64,000 bases of DNA, taken from contig JAKPAG010000117.1 in the NCBI GenBank assembly GCA_029779535.1, positions 1,818 to 65,817 on the forward strand. Reading direction: 5' to 3'. Positions 18,738 through 27,436 of this stretch are shown one piece after another. Origin of the DNA: Pseudomonadota bacterium. GTDB lineage: Bacteria; Pseudomonadota; Alphaproteobacteria; Sphingomonadales; Sphingomonadaceae. How positions within the stretch are numbered: position 1 is the first letter of the stretch; each line of letters begins with the position of its first letter. Position numbers and translations under genes: made by a program. The notes below the pieces were generated by a model. It was not told the origin of the DNA. It searched no databases and saw only the letters and a program-made list of their open reading frames with translations.

Positions 18738-21631
18738 GCCTGGTCAACCAACGTCATCACCTTGTCCTGCTGTTCACTGACCTGACCGACTCCACCCGCA
18801 TCACCGCGGACATGGAGCCGGAAGACTATGCCGACCTGCTCAGCCGCCTGCGCGAAATCACCAACCGGATCATCGCCCACCACGGCGGCGAGGTGGTGCG
18901 GATCGACGGCGACGGCGCGCTGTGCATCTTCGGCTATCCCCTGGCCCACGAGGATGCCGGCCGCCGCGCGACCGAAGCGGCGCTGGACCTGCATGCCGCC
19001 ATGGCCGAACTCGACGGGCTTTACGCGCCGGGGCTGAAGCTGCGGCTGCACAGCGGGATCCACGCAGGGGTGGTGCTGCTGCGCAGCGGCGACCTGGTGC
19101 GCGGGCGCTATGAAGTGCTGGGCGATGCCACCAATGTCGCCGCGCGGCTGTGCGATGCCTCCAGCCCGAATGGCCTGCTGGTCAGCGCCGAAACGCTGGG
19201 CGCGGATGCCAATTTCTTCGTCACCGGCCAGCCGCAGGTGCTGGGGCTGGGCGGACGACGCAAATCGGTCCAGGCCTTGCCGGTGCTGGGGCGCAGCGAT
19301 ACCGCCACCCGCTTTGCCGCGCGCACCCGCCAGCGGCAGACCCCGCTGACCGGGCGCGATGGCCAGCGCGCCGCGATTGCAGACTGGCTGAATGGCGGGC
19401 CGGACACGCCCGCCACCCTGTTGCTGCACGGCCCGGCGGGGATCGGCAAGAGCCGCCTGCTGGCGCAGGTCGCCAGCGATGCGCGGGCGCGCGGCTGGCG
19501 GCTGGCGCGCGGCTATTGCGAGGCTTATCTTGCGGCGCGGCCGCTCCAGCCGTTCCTGCAGATCGCGGCCGAACTGTCCGGCGGCGATGCGGCCGACCTG
19601 CCGGCGGTAACCGGCCCGATCGGCGCCGAAGTGGCCCGCGCCGCGCACGGCACCCCGCTGCTGGTCATGATCGACGACTGGCAGTGGGCCGACGATGCCA
19701 GCCGCGACCAATTGGCCGCACTGCTGGCCGCCGCCCCGGCGGGCCGGCTGCGCGTACTGCTCGCCTCGCGCGAGGGCGATGCGGCGCTGCCCGATGGCGC
19801 GGCGCAAATACGGGTCGAACTGCCCCCACTGGACGAGGCCGCCGCCCACGCCGCGATCGCCGCGCTGCTGGGCACGCAGGAACCGGGCGTGATCGCCCGG
19901 ATCGCCGAAGCGGCCGGCGGCAGCCCCCTGCTGCTCGAGGAATTGTGCCTGGCCCAGGCCAGCCGCGCCGCCACGCCCAGCGGCGAAGCGCGCGGCGCAT
20001 GGTTCGACCTGGCGGTGCAGGCGCGCTTTGCCGCCCTGCCCCCGGCCGATGCCGCGATGCTGCGCCAGGCGGCGATCATCGGCCATATCGTGCCGGCCTG
20101 GCTGCTGGCCGCGATCCAGGGCGAAGCAATCGGCGCGGCGATGCTTGACCGGCTGGCCGAAGCCGATTTCCTCTACCCCGGCGAAACCGGCAGCACGCTG
20201 AGCTTCAAGCACGGGCTGACCCGCGACGCGGTCTATGCCGGGATCGACCTGGCGCTGCGGCGCGACCTGCACTGCCGCGTGCTGGACGTGCTGGAAAGCC
20301 GCGCGCAGCAGGTCGGGGAAAGCGGGCTGCTCGATGCGCTGGCCTATCACGGCGCGGCGGCCGGGCAGGCCGACAAGGCGCGCGACTATGCCGTGCGGGC
20401 GGGCGATGCGGCGCTGGCGGCCGGCGCGCTTGACCGCGCCCAGGCGCACTACCGCGCCGCCTTCGACTGGGTCGAGGCCATGCCCGAAGGCGAGCAGCGC
20501 GCCGCGCTGGGCTGGTCGCTGCTCAACAAGTTCGGGCTGGCCAGCATCGTCGATCCGGCGCTGGAACAGCTGCCAGTGCTGGAACGGGCCGCAGCATTGC
20601 TGGCAGGCAGCGGCGATCCTGCGGCGCGGGTGCGCAGCGCCTACTGGCTGGGGGCGATTGCCTATGGCCTGGGGCTGGGCCAGCGCTCGGTCGAGCACCT
20701 GAGCGCCGCGCGGCGTATCGCGCTGGAATCGAATGACGAGCGTTTCATCCACCAGATCGAGGTCAAGCTGGCCCAGTCGCTGACCGCTGTGGGCCGCTAT
20801 GCCGAGGCGGCCGCGCTGTTCGACGAGGTGCTGCCCCGCTTTGACGGTCTGCGCGGGCGCAACAACCAGGAAACGCTGATCTATGCCTTGTGCTGCCGGG
20901 GCTTCATGCTGGGCGACCAGGGCCACATGGCCGCTGCCGAAGCCCTGTACACCCAGGCCGAAACCCGCGATCCCGAAGCGCTGACCACCATGCGCCCGTC
21001 GCTGTTGACGCAGAAGGCGGCGCTGCGGCTGTGGCAGGCCGACTGGGCCGGGGCCGAGGCGCTGGCCCAGGCGGCCTTGCAGGACTGCACCCGCACCCGC
21101 ACCCGCTATCTGGCGATGATGAGCCACGCGCTGGCCGCCTTCGCCCGCTGGCGCAGCGGCGGCGGCGAGGCCGAAATAGCCCGGATGGAAGACACCGCGC
21201 ACTGGTTCAAGAGCCACGGCAACAGCCGCCAGCGCACTTCGCTGGTGTTCGGCTGGCTGACCGAGATGATGGTCGCGCAAGGCGATGCCCCGGCGGCGCG
21301 GCGCTATGCCGGAATGATGGTCCAGCGCATCCGCGAAGGCGGCGACCGGCTGGGCGAGGCGATGGCCTGGCGCGCGTTGGCCCGGCTGGAGCTGCGCCGC
21401 GCCCGGCCCGAACGCGCCGACCACTACCTGCGCCTGGCCGATGCATCGGCCCACTACCGCGCGAGCCCGCGCGAATGGGCGGGCAACCGGCTGTGCGCCG
21501 CGCGGCTGGCCAGCGCCCGGGGCGACGCCCAGCGCGCCGCCAAGGAAGCACGGCAGGCTGCCGACACCTATGCCACGCTGGGCATGGAAGGCTTCAGGCA
21601 GCGGGCGGCGGCACTGGCTCCCAATCGCTGA
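18734..21631 (+). CDS. Class III nucleotidyl cyclase - STAND (AAA_16-like) ATPase - TPR-like protein
   Basis: LFTDLTDST, DGDG and GDATNVAARL cyclase motifs; Walker A GPAGIGKS, Walker B MIDD; helical C-terminus; ATGA overlap with crp. Confidence 0.85.
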   Translation: MSLVNQRHHLVLLFTDLTDSTRITADMEPEDYADLLSRLREITNRIIAHHGGEVVRIDGDGALCIFGYPLAHEDAGRRATEAALDLHAAMAELDGLYAPGLKLRLHSGIHAGVVLLRSGDLVRGRYEVLGDATNVAARLCDASSPNGLLVSAETLGADANFFVTGQPQVLGLGGRRKSVQALPVLGRSDTATRFAARTRQRQTPLTGRDGQRAAIADWLNGGPDTPATLLLHGPAGIGKSRLLAQVASDARARGWRLARGYCEAYLAARPLQPFLQIAAELSGGDAADLPAVTGPIGAEVARAAHGTPLLVMIDDWQWADDASRDQLAALLAAAPAGRLRVLLASREGDAALPDGAAQIRVELPPLDEAAAHAAIAALLGTQEPGVIARIAEAAGGSPLLLEELCLAQASRAATPSGEARGAWFDLAVQARFAALPPADAAMLRQAAIIGHIVPAWLLAAIQGEAIGAAMLDRLAEADFLYPGETGSTLSFKHGLTRDAVYAGIDLALRRDLHCRVLDVLESRAQQVGESGLLDALAYHGAAAGQADKARDYAVRAGDAALAAGALDRAQAHYRAAFDWVEAMPEGEQRAALGWSLLNKFGLASIVDPALEQLPVLERAAALLAGSGDPAARVRSAYWLGAIAYGLGLGQRSVEHLSAARRIALESNDERFIHQIEVKLAQSLTAVGRYAEAAALFDEVLPRFDGLRGRNNQETLIYALCCRGFMLGDQGHMAAAEALYTQAETRDPEALTTMRPSLLTQKAALRLWQADWAGAEALAQAALQDCTRTRTRYLAMMSHALAAFARWRSGGGEAEIARMEDTAHWFKSHGNSRQRTSLVFGWLTEMMVAQGDAPAARRYAGMMVQRIREGGDRLGEAMAWRALARLELRRARPERADHYLRLADASAHYRASPREWAGNRLCAARLASARGDAQRAAKEARQAADTYATLGMEGFRQRAAALAPNR

Positions 21632-24600
21632 GCCGCACGATCAGCGCGGCGGGCATGGCCTGAATCGTCCCGGCATCAAGCAGCGCCGCCATGATCCCCA
21701 TGATCGCGCCGAAGGCCATGTTCTGCGCCGGGCAGGCATGGACCGGATAGGGCGCCGCGCTGTCCACCTGGTCGGCCGCCTGGCGCTTGCCGCCGAACAC
21801 GATCGACACGTCGCCATCGGGCATGTCCGGATCGAACAGCGAGCGCTGCGAGGCCGAGACCTGGCTGACCACTACCAGGTCGCCCTCGCGCACCTGGATA
21901 TCGCGGCGGTGCGGGCAGGCCGGGGTGGGGGGATCGACCGCGATCGTCGCCGCGCGCTGGGCGGTGCGATAGAGCAGGTCGGGCGCGGGGCGCACGCACA
22001 TGGCCTGCGACACCGGGCTTTTCAACGCGCCGATCGCTTCGGCCACGGCCGTGCCCGCTGGCCGCCCGCCGGTGGCCCGCTTCAGCGCGGACTGGTGCCG
22101 CCACAGCGACTTTTCCCCCAGCCATTCGGCCAGGATCCCGCGCAGGTTGCCGTCCATCGGCGGGATCGCGCCAACCATGGTGCCAACCAGGTTGCGGGCC
22201 AGCACTTCATCATCCGCAATCGCGCCGAACATCGCCGCCGCGACCGAACCCTGCGGCACGCTGCCCGCCGCGCGGTGCTCGGCCACGAAAGCGCGCGCCG
22301 CGGCCAGGATCGCCTTGCCGTGGTTGTCGGCAAATTCGGTCACTTCGGGGCTGGGCCGGGGATAGAAGGCATTGCGCGATGGCGAGAGGAAGTCCCCCGG
22401 ACAGTGCGCCTTGTCGCGCCCGGGCGCGGCCGGATCAGCGCCATATGCGCCGTCCCCGTCCAGCCGCACCGGCTGCCATGACCAGCCGCCCAGCGCCATG
22501 TGCAGGTCGTCCGGCAGGCCGTACCACAGCTTGCACAGCACCCCCAGCGCGGGCAGCAGGTACTGGCGGCGCAGTTCCAGCTTGAAGGCCGTGCGCCCCA
22601 GTGCCTGGACCCGCAGCTTCATTTCCTTGAGCACCGCCGATCCCGCCGCGTAACCGGCGCGGAACCCGTCAGCCTCGCCATAGTGCAGCAGGATCGCGTT
22701 GGTCGCGGTGGCATCGCTGCGATAGTTCAGCCCCAGCGCGTTCAGCGCCGGGTTGTTGTAGGCATCGTCCGGCTGCTGGGTGACGAAGATCGGCCCGCTG
22801 TTGGTGTGGATGCGGCGCAGCTGCTCCTCGCTGGAGAAAGTGCGCCAGTCGGCCAGCACGGCGGCAACCTGGTCGCGCCCGGCAACCAGCACCACGTTCT
22901 GGCTGGCCCGGTCGGGATTGGCCCAGTCATAGCCATGCCCGAAGCTGCCCTCGCCCTCGCCGGCCGGTTCATCGCCCGGTTCATCGGTCAGGTTCAGCGC
23001 ATCAGGCACGGCGATCCCGCCCGGCAGCTTCGGTCCCCGCCGCAGGTTGAGCGCGCCGCCATAGAAATAACGGATCGCCGACCACATGTCGGGGGTCACA
23101 TCGCGTTCGGCCGGGTCCTTGGTGACGAAATCCTCGAGCAGCCGCTTCCATTCCTTGGCGGCCTCGGCCGCGGGCAGGGCCTCGACCCGCTCGATCACCG
23201 CGCGGCCGCGCACGTCTTCCAGGAACTTGCGCATCAGCCGGAACCGGCCCTGGATCCGCGCCAGCCGGTCCAGCGCGCGGCGCGACGGCACGAACAGGTA
23301 GAGCCCCCAGTGCAGCGGGGTGAACGGGTGGCGGCCGGGTTCCGATCCGCCGGTCAGCCCCGGCGCGGGCGTGAAGGCCGGCAGCGGCACGCGCACCACC
23401 TGCGGCTGGCCGGCAGCATCGCTGGCGATGAACTGGAACAGGCCCGGCGGATCCTTGGGCAGCACGCCGGTCAGCGGATCGTTGTTGGCGGCGGCCTGGT
23501 CGGTGCTGTTGCCGCCGTTCAGCCAGCGCTGGATCACCTCGTACTGTTCGGCGATGCTGGCGTTGTAGGCCATGAACATCAGACCGGCCTTGTCCGGCCC
23601 GTCCTGGCGGTGGCCGAACAGCATCGCCCGGCGCAGCAGGCGCGGGGTGGGCCGGTCGAATTCGGCGCGGGTCAGCGTCTCGTCCTGGCTGAGCGGGGGC
23701 ACGTTGCCACCCGGCACGATGCGGCGCGGATTGGCGCGGCGGATGTGCGCCGCGAACGGACACTGCCGCCCCGCCCCGTCCTGGCCATAGTCGAAATCGT
23801 TGAGGCCGCCGGCATCGGGCCGGGCCAGCGGGCGCCCCGCCTCGTCGCGCCCCATCACCGCCGCCTTGAGCAGCGCTCGCGCCGCGGCAGCATCGATCCC
23901 CAGCTGCGCCGCGATCGGCGCGGCCGACTGGTCCAGCCAGGCATCGAAGCGCGCCACATCCTCGCCGATCTTGCGCACCACCAGGAAGGTGCCGTTCAGT
24001 TGCAGCTCGCGCGCTTCCTGGCGCGGCCTGCGGCGCCAGTCGTCCAGCGTGACGAATGGCGCGGGCGCGCTGTCGCCGCGGTCGTTGCCATAGCCCAGCA
24101 GCACTTCGCCGGGCCGCACCCGGTCGCGGTCCAGCACGGCAGCGGAATTGTCGCCGATCCCCGGCAGGCGCGGGCGTGGCTGGCTGATCCCGTCGAGATA
24201 GCCGAAGTGATCGCGGAAATAGCCGTCGCCTTCGCCATGCGCGCCGGTCAGCCATTCGACCGCTTCAAGGCTGGCGCCCTGCCCCGCCAGCGTGGCCAGC
24301 CGCCGCGCCTCGACCTCGAGCACGGCGCGCTCGGCCGCACTCGTGCGCAACTGGACGACGATGTCCACCTCGCGCAGTTCGACGCGCGGCAGGCGCGTGC
24401 CAAGCGGCACCGCCCCGGTCAGCGCCGGGCCGTTGCGTTCGGGCAGGATCCAGTTGCGCGGATGGTTCTCGCGCTGGTCGCCCAGGAGCCCGCTGCGCTG
24501 CTCCATCCCCTCGCGGAATTCCTTGGGGAAGCAATCGACCACGTCATAGTCCAGCCCCAGCCGCAGCAGGCCGTCGGGCGTGAAGCCGACCGTGCGATAG

Positions 24601-25760
24601 ATCCCGTCCGCCGGCGTGCTGCCCGGCCCGGCGGCGAAATGCGGATCGAGCGCGGCAATGAAGTCGCGCGCGCGGCCCGCATCGCGGATCGTGAACAGCA
24701 GCAGCGCGCCGTGCTGAACCGGCTGCGCCGCGCTGCCCTGGGCTTTCAGGATCCCGCCCTGCACTTCGCCCAGCTCGAATGGCGGATCGGGCAGGCGGCG
24801 GGCTTCCAGTTCGGCGTCAAGCCGCGCAAGGTAGCGCTTGCCGCTGGTGTACCAGGCCAGCGGTTCGGCATAGACCGCCTGGGCCCGCGTCCACACCTGC
24901 CTGAGCGGGTGCGCTTCCGGCAGGGCCTCGACCCCGGCGATGAAGTGGTCCCAGCCAAGCAGGATGTCGCCTGCCGCGCGGACCAGCCGGTGCCCTTCGT
25001 TAAGCCGCTCGCGCCCGTCGGGATCGGTGCCCGCGGGCCGCCCGGTCAGCCATTCGGGCGGGTAGAAATCGGCCAGCTTGTAGATCACGTTGAGCGCTTC
25101 GAGCCCGAGTTCGAGCGTCTTGGGCGCATGCTGCCGGCGCGTTTCGGTGGCGGCGGGTTCGGGATAGAGCATCCGCGCGCTGGCCAGTTGCAGATCGTCC
25201 GCGCCTTCGCGCTGCAGCCGCTCCAGCCGCGACAGGTACTTCTGGTCCCGCGTCGACAGGCCGGTGGTGTTGTAGAAGATCGCGCTGTCCATCTGGTTGT
25301 CGCGCACCCATTGCAGGTATTCCTCGCAGGAATGCTCGGTCGCGGTGACATAGCCGTCGCAGTTGCAGAACAGGAGGTCGAGGAACGGCCCGAGCGGCTT
25401 CCAGATCAGCCGCATGTAGGGTTCCCACCCGCCCTCGAAAGTGGCGGTGAGATAGAGGTAGCGGCGGCTGCCCAGCGCCAGTTCGCCCGGGGCCAGCCGG
25501 GACAGGCCGAACAGGTCCTTGTCCAGCACCCCCACCCGGAAGTCGAGCAGGTTGAGGATGCGTTCGGTCACGTCGGAATAGGGCACCACCCGCTCGTATT
25601 CGCGCGCCGCAACGCGGATCCGGTTGAGCGCTTCGGCCACCAGCTTCAATCGGCTGGCATAGGTGATGTTCTCGTAAGCCTGGATGAAGCCATCCTTGAT
25701 CGGGGCGATCACCACCAGGTCGGTGATCCCGTCGATATGCTTGGAAGTAACCTCGTCCAT
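21594..25760 (-). CDS. Multidomain heme protein: uncharacterised N-domain + DyP-type peroxidase + atypical cytochrome P450-like domain
   Basis: DyP motifs GYLDG (24189-24203), NGTFLVVRK, CPFAAHIRRANPR (His near 23745) and LLRR; C-terminal VFGG...HACPAQNMA heme-thiolate-like motif (21726-21740). The start at MDEVT is inferred. Confidence 0.75.
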   Translation of the reverse strand: MDEVTSKHIDGITDLVVIAPIKDGFIQAYENITYASRLKLVAEALNRIRVAAREYERVVPYSDVTERILNLLDFRVGVLDKDLFGLSRLAPGELALGSRRYLYLTATFEGGWEPYMRLIWKPLGPFLDLLFCNCDGYVTATEHSCEEYLQWVRDNQMDSAIFYNTTGLSTRDQKYLSRLERLQREGADDLQLASARMLYPEPAATETRRQHAPKTLELGLEALNVIYKLADFYPPEWLTGRPAGTDPDGRERLNEGHRLVRAAGDILLGWDHFIAGVEALPEAHPLRQVWTRAQAVYAEPLAWYTSGKRYLARLDAELEARRLPDPPFELGEVQGGILKAQGSAAQPVQHGALLLFTIRDAGRARDFIAALDPHFAAGPGSTPADGIYRTVGFTPDGLLRLGLDYDVVDCFPKEFREGMEQRSGLLGDQRENHPRNWILPERNGPALTGAVPLGTRLPRVELREVDIVVQLRTSAAERAVLEVEARRLATLAGQGASLEAVEWLTGAHGEGDGYFRDHFGYLDGISQPRPRLPGIGDNSAAVLDRDRVRPGEVLLGYGNDRGDSAPAPFVTLDDWRRRPRQEARELQLNGTFLVVRKIGEDVARFDAWLDQSAAPIAAQLGIDAAAARALLKAAVMGRDEAGRPLARPDAGGLNDFDYGQDGAGRQCPFAAHIRRANPRRIVPGGNVPPLSQDETLTRAEFDRPTPRLLRRAMLFGHRQDGPDKAGLMFMAYNASIAEQYEVIQRWLNGGNSTDQAAANNDPLTGVLPKDPPGLFQFIASDAAGQPQVVRVPLPAFTPAPGLTGGSEPGRHPFTPLHWGLYLFVPSRRALDRLARIQGRFRLMRKFLEDVRGRAVIERVEALPAAEAAKEWKRLLEDFVTKDPAERDVTPDMWSAIRYFYGGALNLRRGPKLPGGIAVPDALNLTDEPGDEPAGEGEGSFGHGYDWANPDRASQNVVLVAGRDQVAAVLADWRTFSSEEQLRRIHTNSGPIFVTQQPDDAYNNPALNALGLNYRSDATATNAILLHYGEADGFRAGYAAGSAVLKEMKLRVQALGRTAFKLELRRQYLLPALGVLCKLWYGLPDDLHMALGGWSWQPVRLDGDGAYGADPAAPGRDKAHCPGDFLSPSRNAFYPRPSPEVTEFADNHGKAILAAARAFVAEHRAAGSVPQGSVAAAMFGAIADDEVLARNLVGTMVGAIPPMDGNLRGILAEWLGEKSLWRHQSALKRATGGRPAGTAVAEAIGALKSPVSQAMCVRPAPDLLYRTAQRAATIAVDPPTPACPHRRDIQVREGDLVVVSQVSASQRSLFDPDMPDGDVSIVFGGKRQAADQVDSAAPYPVHACPAQNMAFGAIMGIMAALLDAGTIQAMPAALIVRLSDWEPVPPPAA

Positions 25761-25841
25761 GATCGTGCCCCTGTGCCCCCTGCGCGATTCGCCGCCGGGA
25801 TGCCTGTTTTGAGCCCTATTGGCAGCGCGGGGTAAGGCGTC

Positions 25842-25857
25842 TGTGCGAAATTCCACA
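25842..25857. promoter_or_regulatory. Second CRP-like site, upstream of the DyP-P450 gene
   Basis: TGTGC-GAAATT-CCACA, within the palindrome CTGTG-N8-CACAG; two mismatches from the CRP consensus. Confidence 0.45.
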
Positions 25858-25887
25858 GTGGCGCCGAATTTTTGTGCTTGCATTATT

Positions 25888-25899
25888 TAAGCGTGCTTA
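25888..25899. promoter_or_regulatory. Candidate MarR operator for the efflux operon
   Basis: TAAGC-GT-GCTTA palindrome just upstream of marR. Confidence 0.5.
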
Positions 25900-25913
25900 T
25901 TATCGGCCAGGCC

Positions 25914-26360
25914 ATGATCCATTCCTACATCTACCAGATGGGTGACAGTTCGCGCCTGCTGCGCCGCGCCTTCGATGCGCGGATGCGGCAGCTGGGCGTT
26001 ACCGGACCGCAGGCGCGCCTGCTGCTGGAACTGTCCAAGGCCGAGGGTGAGAACCAGGGCCACTATGCCGAACGGCTCGAGGTTGAGCCGATCACCCTGT
26101 GCCGCATGGTCGACCGGATGGAGGAATCCGGCCTGCTGGAACGCCGCCGCGATCCGGCTGACCGGCGCGCCTGGCGGGTTCACCTGACGCCGCGCAGCCG
26201 GATCATGATCGACCGCCTGCGCGAAGGCGTGGCCCAGCTGGAACAGGACATGCTGGCCGGGCTGGACGACAGCGCCCGCGAGCAATTCTCGCAAGTGATG
26301 GACATGATCCGCGCCAACCTTGCCCAACCCCTTGATACGGAGCTGGCCGACCATGGCTGA
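25914..26360 (+). CDS. MarR family regulator of the efflux pump
   Basis: TGPQARLL...LEVEPITLCRMVDRMEESGLLERRRDPADRRAWRV. Confidence 0.85.
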   Translation: MIHSYIYQMGDSSRLLRRAFDARMRQLGVTGPQARLLLELSKAEGENQGHYAERLEVEPITLCRMVDRMEESGLLERRRDPADRRAWRVHLTPRSRIMIDRLREGVAQLEQDMLAGLDDSAREQFSQVMDMIRANLAQPLDTELADHG

Positions 26361-27429
26361 GGCCGACCCCACCTTTGCCGACACCCGCGAGGACACCGCC
26401 ACCCCGCCGCCGCCCCACCCGGCCCGGCGACTGGGGCGGCTGGCCGCGATGCTGTCGGTCCCGCTGCTGGTGCTGGTTGCCGGCGCGTTCTACTGGTTCA
26501 GCCTGCAAGGCCAGGTTTCGACCGACAACGCCTATGTCAAGCAGGACAAGGTTTCGGTCAGCGCCGAAATCAGCGGCCGCATCGTCGAAGTGATCGGGCG
26601 CGAAAACATGCAGGTCAAGGCCGGTGACCTGCTGTTCCGGATCGATCCCGAACCCTACCAACTGCAGATCCAGCAAGCCAATGCCGCGATTGCCGCGGCC
26701 CAGGCCAGCCAGGTCGCGCTGGCCAATGCCAGCCCGCTGTCGGGCGCGGACATCTCATCGGCCCAGGAAAGCATCGCCTTTGCCCGGTCAAACCTGGCGC
26801 GGCAGGAAGCGCTGTGGAAGCGCGGCTTTGCCACCAAGGCCGCCTATGACGCCGCCCTGCACGCCGTTTCCCAGGCCGAGGAAGCCCTGCGCCTGGCCGA
26901 AGCCAAGCGCGACGAAGCCGCGGCCAAGCTGGCGACCGGGGCGCAGGTCCCCGGCATGTTCCCCCAGGAAGCCCAGGCCCGCGCCCAGCGCGCCGCCGCC
27001 GAGCTGAACCTGCGCCGCACCGAAGTGCGCGCGCCGATTGCCGGCCGGCTGAGCCAGGCGACCCGCCTGCAGATCGGCCAGGACGCGATCGTCGGCCTGC
27101 CGCTGGTGACGATTGTGGCCACCAGTTCCAGCTATGTCGAAGCGAACTTCAAGGAAACCGACCTCAACCAGATGCAGGTCGGCCAGCCGGCCGAGGTGCG
27201 CTTCGATGCCTATCCCAATCTCAGGCTGAAGGGCCACGTCGCCTCGATCGGTGCGGGCACGGGCAGCGAATTCTCGGTCCTGCCGGCGCAGAACGCCACC
27301 GGCAACTGGGTCAAGGTAACCCAGCGCGTGCCGGTGCGGATCGCGCTGGACGAAGCCAGTCCGCGGGTGCTGATCGCGGGCCTGTCGGCCAAGGTGAAGG
27401 TCTTCACCGCCAACGCCAAGCGCGACTAA
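26353..27429 (+). CDS. HlyD/EmrA-family membrane fusion protein
   Basis: N-terminal TM, STDNAYV, ANFKET and [17 protein letters not shown] motifs. Confidence 0.9.
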   Translation: MAEADPTFADTREDTATPPPPHPARRLGRLAAMLSVPLLVLVAGAFYWFSLQGQVSTDNAYVKQDKVSVSAEISGRIVEVIGRENMQVKAGDLLFRIDPEPYQLQIQQANAAIAAAQASQVALANASPLSGADISSAQESIAFARSNLARQEALWKRGFATKAAYDAALHAVSQAEEALRLAEAKRDEAAAKLATGAQVPGMFPQEAQARAQRAAAELNLRRTEVRAPIAGRLSQATRLQIGQDAIVGLPLVTIVATSSSYVEANFKETDLNQMQVGQPAEVRFDAYPNLRLKGHVASIGAGTGSEFSVLPAQNATGNWVKVTQRVPVRIALDEASPRVLIAGLSAKVKVFTANAKRD

Positions 27430-27436
27430 CGCCGCC

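Noticed and set aside
18716-21454. 912 aa minus-strand ORF
   Set aside because: Shadow of the cyclase-STAND gene.
22500-25835. 1111 aa plus-strand ORF
   Set aside because: Antisense shadow of the DyP-P450 gene; no motifs, typical of high-GC codon bias.
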